Program-made: the position numbers and the translations under genes
Notes under the pieces: model-generated
The model's database searches: none
Seen by the model: only the letters and a program-made list of their open reading frames with translations
Told to the model about the DNA's origin: nothing
In this document: positions 1-10,118 of the stretch, in pieces
Layout of the letters: each line of letters opens with the position of its first letter
Numbering within the stretch: position 1 is the first letter of the stretch
Source of the DNA: a virus
Virus record (IMG/VR): IMGVR_UViG_3300047472_000155
Location: 64,001-128,000 of that record
Strand: one strand, 5' to 3'
DNA: 64,000 nt

Positions 1-359
1 TTGAATTCAATGGAAATTTTCCTGTGGTCGTAGAAATTGGTGAAAATAAAAATTTTATTCAAAAGAAAGAAATGACAGAATTTGAGTTGCGTGGTGTATA
101 TTCATTTCTTGATGAATATCTAACAGAATTCTATGATGACGGAGAGAAATATGATTCAGCAACGGATCTTGCTTTGGGATATGTTGGAGGTGTTATCGCT
201 TGCACAACGCAAACAGGACTTCCGGGAGCGCCACAAGAAGTTAAAGATTATCAGCTTCAATATTTTGCACTCACAGAGAACAATGTCTTGCTTGCTGTTG
301 TTGAAGACGAGAACAACAAAAGTTATTATATTCGTATTAACTAAAGGAGAGAATAAAAA

Positions 360-740
360 ATGGAGACAACTAGTAAAAAATTTATATATCAAATTCAGAA
401 TCATATTTATGATCGTTTGTCGGAAGACTTGACAACGGAATTAAGTGAACAGTTGAAAAATGCAATGGATGAATTCAATGATTGGTATTCTATACATGAA
501 CGTCAGGTGATTCCAGATAAATATGATGCATTCAAAAAATGGCTATGGGGTATTCCATCTTGTTTGTCAGTAGAATATGTCTATTACAATATAATTGGCA
601 CTCTTAAAGATTGGTTTTATGAGTGTGGAGAAAAGTATATTGAAACAGATGATCAAACGATAGATGCTGATCTTTACATGAACCTAATAACACGAGAATT
701 TTTTAACATGTATAATAATCATTGCACTCAAGCAAAATAA
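360..740 (+). CDS. hypothetical phage early protein
   Basis: 126-aa ORF preceded by AAGGAG RBS; no recognisable motif. Confidence 0.7.
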   Translation: METTSKKFIYQIQNHIYDRLSEDLTTELSEQLKNAMDEFNDWYSIHERQVIPDKYDAFKKWLWGIPSCLSVEYVYYNIIGTLKDWFYECGEKYIETDDQTIDADLYMNLITREFFNMYNNHCTQAK

Positions 741-798
741 TCAGAACTTTATCATGTCCTTTACGTATAACACATAGAGGACATGAATACTTTTCTGA
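741..798. repeat. post-stop hairpin element 1 (TCAGAA...TTCTGA)
   Basis: TCAGAA 741-746 pairs with TTCTGA 793-798; inner stem TCATGTCCT/AGGACATGA; starts immediately after the TAA at 740. Confidence 0.7.
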
Positions 799-1620
799 CC
801 GAAAAGTAAATTCATTCTAAAGGATTGATTTATAGTGAATAATACAATGAAAGAAATGAAAGAAATGTTCAGAAATAGAATTGCAAAACAAATGTCGGAC
901 TCAGTTGAGAAAATAAGTCTTGGTCAATTGTCTCCTCAAGTTCAAGAAAGTTTATATACGCTGAGTAGTGCAATTAGGGCAGAATATGTGGTAAAATCAA
1001 TTGAATTTGAAATAATGATGTTAAATTCTGCTGGTTTTAATGAAAACAATTACAACATGTCTGATATTATGTGGGAAATGATTCAAAGAGAGAGTGATTT
1101 CCATGAACACAGAAAGAAGTTTGAAAGAGTCTCAGGTTTTAAGTATATGGAGTTTAATAATCAAGAGTTGTACAATTTAATGCATAATATTCAATAAAAG
1201 GAGAGGAAAAATGAAAAAAATAAATGTAATGTTACAAACAAGCTTTGGAAAAATTCAGATTGGAGAAATTAGCTTAAATCCAAGTATAATAGGAAGTGTT
1301 TCAGAAGAATATGTTGTAGAACAATGGCTTGAAAGTTTAAATGTAAATATCGAACAAATTGCCAGAGTGTGGACACAAGCAGAACATCGTGTTTATTTAT
1401 ATGGAATTCATGGCAAAGCAAAAGACAGTGAAATTTATGGTAATTATGAATTCTATTACGTTTCAAGCGGTATGTTATATGATAAGCAAGAGTACTTCTC
1501 AGAAATTGAAGTGGGAGAATATTTGGGAGATTTAACAACGCTTGATCAGATAACCGCATTAGATACTTTCTTTGTTAAGGTAAAAGAAGAATTACAATAA
1601 TATAAAGGGGGTAGATAACA

Positions 1621-1965
1621 ATGAATAATAACAATCTTAAAAAAGTAATTTCAGAACTTGACAAAAGAACAGAATTCTTCAAAGATGCATTTGAAGAATA
1701 CAATATACCTCCAAAGATTAAAAATGCCTCTGAGTCCATTTGCATCAAGTTTAATATATATGGTATTTGTGATCCAATGTACATTGTAAATAGCATAGCT
1801 TATGAATTGGGTATAGGTGACGGATGCGGCAACTTCAATGACAATGAACCAGATTTATCAAAGCTTGATTATATTGCTGATAGACTTAAATTTTCGTATG
1901 GATGTAATATTCATGAAAAAGATACATTGCTAAGAATACTTGTAAAAAATATTGTTATGGAATAG
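1621..1965 (+). CDS. hypothetical protein
   Basis: 114-aa ORF with GGGGG RBS. Confidence 0.7.
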   Translation: MNNNNLKKVISELDKRTEFFKDAFEEYNIPPKIKNASESICIKFNIYGICDPMYIVNSIAYELGIGDGCGNFNDNEPDLSKLDYIADRLKFSYGCNIHEKDTLLRILVKNIVME

Positions 1966-1966
1966 T

Positions 1967-2027
1967 TCAGAATAATATACCATACCTTTTATATAACACT
2001 ATATAGAAGGTATAAATGCTCTTCTGA
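1967..2027. repeat. post-stop hairpin element 2
   Basis: TCAGAA...TTCTGA outer stem; inner stem ATACCTTTTATATA/TATATAGAAGGTAT. Confidence 0.7.
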
Positions 2028-2422
2028 GCAAGAAAGGAGTGTATTACAATGACATCTAAGAAGTCAAAACAAAGAACACGTAATCAATTTACTATCTTAG
2101 CCAAATCAAAGGAGACTGACGAGGTTTATAAGAAAGTATTTTACAAATATATGGAAGTTGAAAAATGGGCAGAAAAACATAACATGGAAGTATTTAAGGT
2201 TGATATCAAGAAAGTAAAGGTGGAGGACTGACAAATGAATTATAAACAATACATTTACCATAACACATTGACTGATGAGGTTGTTGGCTTTAATGCAAAC
2301 AGCTTAAGACAATCTAGGATCAGAATGACAAGATTGAGCAGAGTTCATTTTGTTGGCACTAAGGCAATTGATTGGAAGTTTGTTAAAACAGATAGAAAAA
2401 TAAAGAAATGGGAGATGTCAAA

Positions 2423-2923
2423 ATGAGCAATCTTGAAGAAGCATTTTTAAAATTGATAAATTTGATCTTAAAAAAGGGAACGCATAACAAGAGTTCAGAA
2501 GTAGCATTAAAATGTATATATCTATTCTACAACAATACATCAGATTTAACATTGAAAAACGCTTTTGACTTTTATATTAAAAAAAGTAAAACAAATGAAA
2601 TGGACACACAAAAACTTGATGCTGCCATATCTTATGTAGAAGAAATGATAGACAATACTAAAAACATTAAAATGCTTAATGACAGAAATTTGCCAATAAT
2701 ATTGTTTGTGGCGAATCTTGCAATAGAAAAAGGAATGCCAAAACAAATATTTACATTGTATACGGAAGGATTTTTTGACTTGCTGAAATCAAATCAAATA
2801 TTTGATCAATTAGCGATATCATACATTCAGCTTTTAAATTTTGGTTCTATGAGGTGCGAAAATGTACAAAAAAGAATTCAAATATTAGCTGAAAATCATG
2901 GAATCGAATATATTTACAAATAA
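2423..2923 (+). CDS. protein resembling the C-terminal helical domain of the DUF262 protein at 12955
   Basis: LPIILFVANLAIEKG...F...FF and YIQLLNFGSMRCENVQKRIQIL align by eye with VPIIFATAYEAIYKDG...F...FL and YKDATAGGSAKKDQVNTRLREM. Confidence 0.55.
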   Translation: MSNLEEAFLKLINLILKKGTHNKSSEVALKCIYLFYNNTSDLTLKNAFDFYIKKSKTNEMDTQKLDAAISYVEEMIDNTKNIKMLNDRNLPIILFVANLAIEKGMPKQIFTLYTEGFFDLLKSNQIFDQLAISYIQLLNFGSMRCENVQKRIQILAENHGIEYIYK

Positions 2924-2991
2924 TTCGGATTCACATACTATAACACTGACACGTACATATAACAAGTCGGTGTTATACATGTGACACTGAA
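2924..2991. repeat. post-stop hairpin element 3
   Basis: TTCGG/CTGAA, TCACAT/ATGTGA and TATAACACTGAC/GTCGGTGTTATA stems directly after the stop at 2923. Confidence 0.65.
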
Positions 2992-3074
2992 ATTATGCTT
3001 GCATAGTCGGTAAAATGTGGTATAATAGTAGATGGCACAAATAAAAGATAAAATATCAGAATGGAGGAATTAAC

Positions 3075-3407
3075 ATGGTCAACGTTGACAAAAACGGTTT
3101 ACCAGAATATTGTTACAGTATTCTTCTCTCTACAGGAGAGGTGATTATGATCCATCGTTATCAAGACGGATATTCACCTACTAGAGAAGACAACTTGCCA
3201 TGGTACGGGCAGGAAAATGCCGATGTTGCCAATGAAAAAATTGGTGTTTCAAAGGATCAAGAGTTGGCTATGAGTCATGGTTCAATGTTTGGATGGAATA
3301 CTATTGGAGCAAAACCAGAAACTTGGAAATTGAAGCTAACTAAAGAAGAAGTTGAAAATATTTTGGACAAAATTGATAAAGAAGAAGCGAATACAGACAT
3401 CGAATAA
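3075..3407 (+). CDS. conserved phage/ICE-type hypothetical protein (GSMFGW motif)
   Basis: GGAGG RBS; LPEYCY...TGEVI.I...GY...AM..GSMFGW pattern. Confidence 0.6.
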   Translation: MVNVDKNGLPEYCYSILLSTGEVIMIHRYQDGYSPTREDNLPWYGQENADVANEKIGVSKDQELAMSHGSMFGWNTIGAKPETWKLKLTKEEVENILDKIDKEEANTDIE

Positions 3408-3469
3408 TCATAGCATGATTATATCTTTCACACTATATATTAGTGAAAGGTATAAATGATTTTATGATT
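3406..3469. repeat. post-stop hairpin element 4
   Basis: AATCATA/TATGATT outer stem; TTATATCTTTCAC/GTGAAAGGTATAA inner stem. Confidence 0.65.
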
Positions 3470-3834
3470 GGAAATCATGACATGAAAGGATGATACGATG
3501 GAAATTTTAGTTATGTCTAATGGTCAAACTGAAATTATATCTGATGAAAAAGATTTGATTGAATTTATTGGAAGATTAATGGGATATGAAGTTAAGACAA
3601 TGATTGAAGCAATTGTTAAAAAGCCTGAAAAAGTTAGAGCTTACACAGATAGTGATTATGAATCATATGAAAGACAAGTAGAGGAAAATGTCAATGCTTT
3701 TGAAGAATTGGCTAATTTACTTGACACAGCATCATCGGAATTGAAAAAAGAAAGATTCAATAGGAAAGAATTAAAAAGGTTAATCGAAAGAATGGATAGT
3801 GTAGTTAGTAATCAGATATAAAGGGGGAAGGAAA

Positions 3835-6150
3835 ATGACAATTACAGTATCAAAGGATTTCCATAAGCCACTGTGGGATAAGTTCAATGTACAACAACGT
3901 AAGGCGGTTAAGCAAGTAGATGGTGCAGTTCAAATATGTGCGATAGCAGGTAGTGGCAAGACAACGGTTATCGTTCATAGGGTAGAGCATATGATTAATG
4001 ACTTGGAAATTAACCCATCGTCAATTGCTCTAATGACATTTACATCTAAAGCATCAACAGAAATGGGTGAACGTCTGCAAAAGCTCATTGATAAGAAAGA
4101 TTATACATCCATGTTCTGCGGAACATCACACAGTTTTGGATTTAGAATTCTTGCGAAAGAGTACAAAGAAATGAATCACCCACTTGCTACATGTACACGT
4201 AGAGACTTTAAAGACCCAGGAGTCTTGCAGGGAAGTACATTGAAATATTTTAGTACAGCGGTGAAAGACAAATTACTAACCTTACCATTGGATTCTAAAA
4301 TAATCAGAGAAATTGAAGAAATTGCAGAAAATCAATTTTTGAAAGTTGTTAGCTTATGCAAGAATGCAGACATTGATCCTATGCAATACGAAGACTTATC
4401 TATCATGGAAGACCCAACGCCTAACAGATGGGCATACATCCATTACTATAAGATGTATGAGAAGATGAAGAACGAACGCAAATGCATTGATTTTGACGAC
4501 ATGCTATTTAAGGCAGTTCGCTTGTTGAGAGAACATCCTGAAATCTTGCGCAAATATCAAAAGCAATACAAATACATTACAGTTGACGAAACACAAGACA
4601 ACAACAAAACACAATATGCTCTTGCAGAAATGATTGCGTATCCAGAAAATAATATTTATGTTGTTGGTGATGATGATCAAAGCTTATACACATTCCGTGG
4701 GGCAGAACCGGATTTGTTTATCAACTTTACCAACAAGTACGACAATGCAATTCAAATTCCGCTTCAAGACAATTATCGTAGTAGAGCTGACATTATTAGG
4801 GTTGCTGGATTGTTGATCGCCCATAACACCAAACGCATTAAGAAACAACTTATAGCCAACAATAAATCGGATATAACATCGGTGTTTTATTCTAACTATG
4901 TTGATGAAATTCAGGAAGCAGAAAGTGTTGCAAAAGAAATTGATAATATTTGCAATGATCCAAATGCTGATTTCATGGATAGTGTCCCTTACAATAAGGT
5001 ATTCATCATCTATCGAACAAATGCTCAGAACAAAGAAATGGAAGATGCCTTAATTACGAAGGGAATTCCATATGTAATTCATGGAGGCATGAGCTTCTAT
5101 GAACGCAGAGAAGTTAAAGATGTATTGGCATATCTTAGACTTGCCAATGACACAAGCGACAATGAAGCCTTTAAACGTGTATACAATGTTCCTAGCCGTT
5201 TCTTAGGCAAAGCTTTTCTCAATAAGATTGATGATAACGGAAGAAGCTCTTTATGGGACAGATGTTCTAAGGTAGAGATGACAAAGAGAGAAGAACCAGG
5301 AATTGAAGGATTTAAATCTCTTGTTAATGCAATGTCAGAGTTAAATGAAAAGGGTGCAAAAATTGAGGAATTAATTGATTTCTTGATGAAGAACGGTTAT
5401 GAAGATCATCTCAAAAAAGACAACAAAGAAGACACAGAAGATGAAGAAAATGAAATTGTTGAAAAGTTAAAATTCTTTGTAAGAAGATTTGACAGTATCG
5501 ACAATCTTATTAAATACGTTGAAATGATGTCCGGTAAGCGCAAAGAGGATGTCAATGGTGTACAACTTATGACCGTACATGGAAGTAAGGGACTTGAGGC
5601 ACATGCTGTGTTCGGTATAGGTATCAACGAAGGACTTATGCCTCATGCACGAAGCCTTGAAGCATATGACACTGGCGAGAATTTGTTTGCCATTGAAGAA
5701 GAAAGAAGATTGGCTTATGTACTTGTGACAAGAGCGCAGGAATTAGCTTATTTATCTTCTACAAGTTCATTTAATGGCAAAAATTCTGGAAATTCAAGAT
5801 TCATTGAGGAAATGGGTTTATTAAAACCCCTTGGAACCGAAAAGAACAATAAGGAAATTGAGGTTTTGAATGAGATCAAAGAAGAAGTAAAGAAACCGTC
5901 CACGAAAGAAGCAGAATCTGAGTTTATTGAAGGAATTGGTAAACTTCAAGAGGTTATGGACATCAAAGATTACAATGCACTTCAGAAACTTCAAGATTTA
6001 GAAAAGAATGTGGTTACAGAAATCGAAGAATCAGAAGTAGAAGATGATGACATTCCTCCAGATGGATACGAATTTGTATATGATGAATTTCTTGGGAGAA
6101 TCGTAAAACCGTTGAAACTAGATTCTGTTACAAAAAAATACTTTAAGTAA
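3835..6150 (+). CDS. pcrA: PcrA/UvrD-family SF1A DNA helicase
   Basis: Walker A AIAGSGKT, TFTSKA, VDETQD, VGDDDQSLYTFRGA, NYRS, YRTNAQ, TVHGSKGLE, EERRLAYVLVTRA; acidic C-terminal extension. Confidence 0.95.
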   Translation: MTITVSKDFHKPLWDKFNVQQRKAVKQVDGAVQICAIAGSGKTTVIVHRVEHMINDLEINPSSIALMTFTSKASTEMGERLQKLIDKKDYTSMFCGTSHSFGFRILAKEYKEMNHPLATCTRRDFKDPGVLQGSTLKYFSTAVKDKLLTLPLDSKIIREIEEIAENQFLKVVSLCKNADIDPMQYEDLSIMEDPTPNRWAYIHYYKMYEKMKNERKCIDFDDMLFKAVRLLREHPEILRKYQKQYKYITVDETQDNNKTQYALAEMIAYPENNIYVVGDDDQSLYTFRGAEPDLFINFTNKYDNAIQIPLQDNYRSRADIIRVAGLLIAHNTKRIKKQLIANNKSDITSVFYSNYVDEIQEAESVAKEIDNICNDPNADFMDSVPYNKVFIIYRTNAQNKEMEDALITKGIPYVIHGGMSFYERREVKDVLAYLRLANDTSDNEAFKRVYNVPSRFLGKAFLNKIDDNGRSSLWDRCSKVEMTKREEPGIEGFKSLVNAMSELNEKGAKIEELIDFLMKNGYEDHLKKDNKEDTEDEENEIVEKLKFFVRRFDSIDNLIKYVEMMSGKRKEDVNGVQLMTVHGSKGLEAHAVFGIGINEGLMPHARSLEAYDTGENLFAIEEERRLAYVLVTRAQELAYLSSTSSFNGKNSGNSRFIEEMGLLKPLGTEKNNKEIEVLNEIKEEVKKPSTKEAESEFIEGIGKLQEVMDIKDYNALQKLQDLEKNVVTEIEESEVEDDDIPPDGYEFVYDEFLGRIVKPLKLDSVTKKYFK

Positions 6151-6223
6151 TTTAATCTTTTTAAAAGGCTTGAAATGTCAAGCCTTTTATAAAGGAATTA
6201 AATCCTTATAACTTGAGAGGAGA

Positions 6224-6631
6224 ATGAAAATGTCAGATAAATATATGAGCTATAACCGCAAAGAATTTGAGTCAGGTTTATTAAAAATAGCTAAAAATCT
6301 TAACTTACAAGTTGGCGATTACACAGAAAAACAGGGGAAGCAGAATATTGAGGAACGCGTTTATGAAATGACAACACCCAATCCTGTCATACGTATTTTA
6401 ATATATTCTTCTATTGACCCAAGAACAAATATCTCCAGAGAAGTTGGAGGTGATGCAATAAGAATTAATTTCTATTGCAAATTCAATGGAAAAACTTATT
6501 ATAAAAAGTTCAAGACACATCAGCGTATTAAGACTATGTTCGACAATATAGAAAAATCAATTCAAGAAATAAACAAAGAAAAAATGAAAAAAGAATTATC
6601 CAACTGGATTTACAAGGTGTCACAAAACTAG
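6224..6631 (+). CDS. hypothetical protein
   Basis: 135-aa ORF with GAGAGGAG RBS. Confidence 0.7.
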   Translation: MKMSDKYMSYNRKEFESGLLKIAKNLNLQVGDYTEKQGKQNIEERVYEMTTPNPVIRILIYSSIDPRTNISREVGGDAIRINFYCKFNGKTYYKKFKTHQRIKTMFDNIEKSIQEINKEKMKKELSNWIYKVSQN

Positions 6632-6635
6632 TGAG

Positions 6636-7064
6636 GTGAAAGTAATGATTAGAAAGTCTATTCACACTATTGAAGAAGTTTTGAGCCAAGCATTAATTCC
6701 AACATCACGAAAAAGAACTCCAGAAGGTAGAAAAATTATTGATGGTGATTGTATGCGCATGGATTCGCATAGATACTGGGTGTTCAAGCTTAAAGGCACA
6801 GAATGTGTAGAATGTCATATACAAGGAAAGTATTTTGCAAAAGAAAAGAGCAGCGAAAAAGACAATAGTTATCACTTCAATTTGTATGCAATTAACAACG
6901 AAGGCAAGGAAGTACTGATGACAAAAGATCATATTATGCCAAAGTCAAAAGGTGGCAAGGATCATATTGACAACTATCAGCCAATGTGCATTGTGTGCAA
7001 TATGGCAAAGGCAGACAAATTACCAGATGAATATAACGGAGGTCAGAAAGTAAATTGCAGCTAA
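6636..7064 (+). CDS. HNH endonuclease
   Basis: CxxC, then TKDHIMPKSKGG.D..DNYQPMCIVCN..K. Confidence 0.9.
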   Translation: MKVMIRKSIHTIEEVLSQALIPTSRKRTPEGRKIIDGDCMRMDSHRYWVFKLKGTECVECHIQGKYFAKEKSSEKDNSYHFNLYAINNEGKEVLMTKDHIMPKSKGGKDHIDNYQPMCIVCNMAKADKLPDEYNGGQKVNCS

Positions 7065-7278
7065 GTGTAACATATCAATGGAAAGATACATTCAAAGTAG
7101 TAGAAAGAGAATTTACATCTGATTATTGGCTTAAGTTTTATATAAAACATTGGCATGAGATTAACATCTTGAAGGTAAATAACATATAACATAAGGAGAC
7201 AGGTTTCAAATATCATTGACAAGAAATAACAGAAATGATAGAATTGGGTTGCAAACAAATAATGAACGGAGGACTATT

Positions 7279-7518
7279 ATGGAAAGTGAAGAAGAAAGAC
7301 TTGAAAGAATTAAAAAGGCTCCAATTGGAGATTTAACGGTCATAGAAATAGTTGATTCTAATCGTGAAGAAGAGGCTAAAGCATTTGTTTCAAAAGCAAA
7401 AAAGACGATTGTATTAGGTCAATTTGATGACAAAGAATTGCATAGCATATTTCACAAACTTAACAATGGAGTCAAGTTAACAAAATCTCAAAAGAAACAT
7501 ATTAAAAAACTCTTCTGA
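7279..7518 (+). CDS. small protein carrying a DUF262 C-terminal-like motif
   Basis: ELHSIFHKLNNGVKLTK versus EIEEIFLRLNNGTPLTK in the 12955 ORF; own TTGACA-17-TAGAAT promoter at 7217 and GGAGG RBS. Confidence 0.55.
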   Translation: MESEEERLERIKKAPIGDLTVIEIVDSNREEEAKAFVSKAKKTIVLGQFDDKELHSIFHKLNNGVKLTKSQKKHIKKLF

Positions 7519-7778
7519 TCATAGGAGGTAATTTATATGATGCTAGAATTCGCATTCGCATTAGTTGAACTTGGATATACAACAGGGTCATTAGGTGATG
7601 TGAAATACAATAGCGAAACTCAGACCGCAACAGCAACCATCGTGTATGAAGATGCAAGTACTATTGATGTAGAACTCAAAAGGAGTCCAGAAGGGTCATG
7701 GAAAAAGGTAAAGTCTACATCTGGCAATATATTGTGAACAATTTTAAAATATAAAACATATTATTAGGAGGAATTATT

Positions 7779-8273
7779 ATGACAACAATTAAATCTTTTC
7801 AGCACAATTTGGGGCTTGTGGCAGTTGATCCAATCAGTGAGTTTGAAGGAGTCATTGTAAGTCGTGTTCATTATTTGTTTGGATGTTCACAATATGGTTT
7901 GGCATCCAAGAAAAATAATGATGGTTCAATACCTAACACAGAATACTTCGATGAAGCAAGAATTTCCATTGTTGAAGAAAAAATCAAAACTGATAGAACT
8001 AATGAGTTTTCTGAAATATTTGCTATTTCATTGGGCAAGAAAGCACGTGATAAAGTAACTGGATTCACAGGAATTATATCTTACGCAATAGAATATCTTT
8101 ATGGCTCCACTCAATACGGATTGTTGCCGCAGATTGATAAAGATGGAAAGGTAGGAGAAGGACAGCAATTTGACGAAGGTCGTATTGAAATTATTGACGA
8201 TGGGATCAAACCGGAAGATGTTCAGACTCCAATACGTGGCGGTGTAAACCGTGATGCTCCAAGAGGTAAATAA
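7779..8273 (+). CDS. hypothetical protein with an internal tandem domain duplication
   Basis: two copies of LG..A.D....F.G.I.S...YL.G..QYGL......DG.......FDE.RI.I. Confidence 0.8.
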   Translation: MTTIKSFQHNLGLVAVDPISEFEGVIVSRVHYLFGCSQYGLASKKNNDGSIPNTEYFDEARISIVEEKIKTDRTNEFSEIFAISLGKKARDKVTGFTGIISYAIEYLYGSTQYGLLPQIDKDGKVGEGQQFDEGRIEIIDDGIKPEDVQTPIRGGVNRDAPRGK

Positions 8274-8482
8274 TATGAAAAACGATGAATACAGAGTAAT
8301 TTACGACAAAAAGAATGGATTGACTGGCATAGATACTCCTTGGATGCCAAAAAGCCTTGTTGTAAAGGAAGTTGAAAGAATAAATAGCAATAAAAATCTA
8401 TCTATTAAAAAAATTCAACGCAAGATAATTACTGATGTCACCAGTGAATTTAGTGATATCAGTAATAAGGAGGAGTGACAAA

Positions 8483-8884
8483 ATGTTAAAAGATACATGG
8501 AAAGTAATGTCGAAAGTAACGACAGATGAAACGCTAGATTGGATATTTGAATCTTCTGAAAATGATGATGTTGTAATTTTGGTTACTGCACCAAATGAAT
8601 TCGATGCATGGAAAAAGTTGGATAAACTACTAGGTGCAAATGCGCCGAAACTTGAAGAAGATGAAGTTCAAAATATTGCTGACCTTCTCTTTAGAGAGAT
8701 TTCATTATCAATGAATGATCTTAAAAAATACACACAAATTGTAACTGAATACTTGTTAACTCCAAATTACATCAATGAAAGTACGTCATATGAACAAGCA
8801 TTGAATTGTGTAAAAATGTTCAATATTAGAACGGATGATTATAATCGTTTATTTGAAAAAATGAAGTCATTGGGTGCCAAATAA
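8483..8884 (+). CDS. paralog family A member (MLK..W...AW.KL..LL)
   Basis: MLKDTWKV...ILVTAPNEFDAWKKLDKLLG. Confidence 0.75.
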   Translation: MLKDTWKVMSKVTTDETLDWIFESSENDDVVILVTAPNEFDAWKKLDKLLGANAPKLEEDEVQNIADLLFREISLSMNDLKKYTQIVTEYLLTPNYINESTSYEQALNCVKMFNIRTDDYNRLFEKMKSLGAK

Positions 8885-8908
8885 AGATATATAGGGGTTG
8901 ATAATCAT

Positions 8909-9076
8909 ATGAGTGCGTTCATGTATTACATTTTTTTTGGCGGTATGCTTACTATCGGTTCTTATTTTCTTGGAAGGTACGATGCTAATCGCATTAACGC
9001 CAAGAGATTAAAGAGAAAGAAAATTAAAGATGCCGAGTGGTTAAAAAAATGTCAAGATATAAAAATAGAGTCATAG
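8909..9076 (+). CDS. small membrane-anchored ORF (55 aa, not in the ORF track)
   Basis: AGGGG RBS, MSAFMYYIFFGGMLTIGSYFLG...; its TAG stop is the first three bases of the palindrome at 9074. Confidence 0.6.
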   Translation: MSAFMYYIFFGGMLTIGSYFLGRYDANRINAKRLKRKKIKDAEWLKKCQDIKIES

Positions 9077-9097
9077 ATAAAACACATCTTTTATCTA
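9074..9097. repeat. palindromic site 1, TAGATAAAA-N6-TTTTATCTA
   Basis: tagataaaa cacatc ttttatcta. Confidence 0.9.
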
Positions 9098-9114
9098 CAG
9101 GGAGGATTAATAAA

Positions 9115-9435
9115 ATGTTAAAAACTGATTGGCTTATTAAGCCAGTAATATCTCTTGGATCAATGACTCATTGCATTTTTGCACCAAAAGACGATGAAGA
9201 CTTGACAATTTTAGTTAAAACAGATACAGAATCGGAAGCATGGGAAAAGCTAGGTGCATTATTGGGTAAGGAAGATAAGGGGAATGTTGAGACAGAAATT
9301 TTTGAAGGTGTCATAAATGTATATAGTTGCTACGGAGTTGAAAAAGCAGACGTTAGTTTCGGAGTAGCCAGTAGACTCACTGAATCCCTTGTAAAATATA
9401 AGGGAAAGCGTGTTAAGGTTACAGTAGAAATTTAA
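9115..9435 (+). CDS. paralog family A member bracketed by palindromic sites 1 and 2
   Basis: GGAGG RBS just after site 1; MLKTDWLIK...ESEAWEKLGALLG...VETEIFEGVI. Confidence 0.8.
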   Translation: MLKTDWLIKPVISLGSMTHCIFAPKDDEDLTILVKTDTESEAWEKLGALLGKEDKGNVETEIFEGVINVYSCYGVEKADVSFGVASRLTESLVKYKGKRVKVTVEI

Positions 9436-9438
9436 GGA

Positions 9439-9462
9439 TAGATAAAATCCGAGTTTTATCTA
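9439..9462. repeat. palindromic site 2
   Basis: tagataaaa tccgag ttttatcta. Confidence 0.9.
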
Positions 9463-9478
9463 TTGAGGGGAGGTAAAA

Positions 9479-9913
9479 ATGATGGTAAAAGCAAGAGTTA
9501 TAAAATTAACTGATCCAAATGGTTACAACTATAGAAATGATTGTGTAGACAAATTATTCGATTTAATTAGTATTGATTATGATGATACTTTGGGAAGATT
9601 ATTTACATTAGATACAACAGAATTATTGGGTTGTATTACGGTTTGGACAGAAGATTTTTTAAGCAACGACAGGAAAGAATTAGTTTTACCTGACACTATT
9701 ATAGAACGTCTTTCCAAGTCAGTGAGAGAATTTGAATATTTTGCTGATAAAGCAGAAAAAAAAGGTAATTACATTGAAGCACAAAAACTTAGGAGTTCAT
9801 CAGAAAGAGCGCGTTTAAGAATAGAAAAGAAAAGGAATGAGAGGGAAAATCCTATTGACCATTCCGAATTAACACCGTTAGAGATTGTAAGGATTAATTT
9901 AAAAAGGGAGTGA
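9479..9913 (+). CDS. paralog family C member (KLTD...TLDTTELLGC.T.W)
   Basis: N-terminal ~60 aa shared with 10119..10487. Confidence 0.75.
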   Translation: MMVKARVIKLTDPNGYNYRNDCVDKLFDLISIDYDDTLGRLFTLDTTELLGCITVWTEDFLSNDRKELVLPDTIIERLSKSVREFEYFADKAEKKGNYIEAQKLRSSSERARLRIEKKRNERENPIDHSELTPLEIVRINLKRE

Positions 9914-10118
9914 AAAACACATGTACATTACGCGCGAACAACGAGAAGAAGCTAGGCAGTACGTGCAACAGAAGTATGGTCACTATTGCAATAAAGCACG
10001 ACAAATGAATGTTAATCCCAGTATCTTATACTACGTTCAAGCAAGAATTTAATAAGGATATGAACGCTTCTATACGTTCTATTGTAGAGAAACTAAATAA
10101 ATAGGAGTGGATAATACT

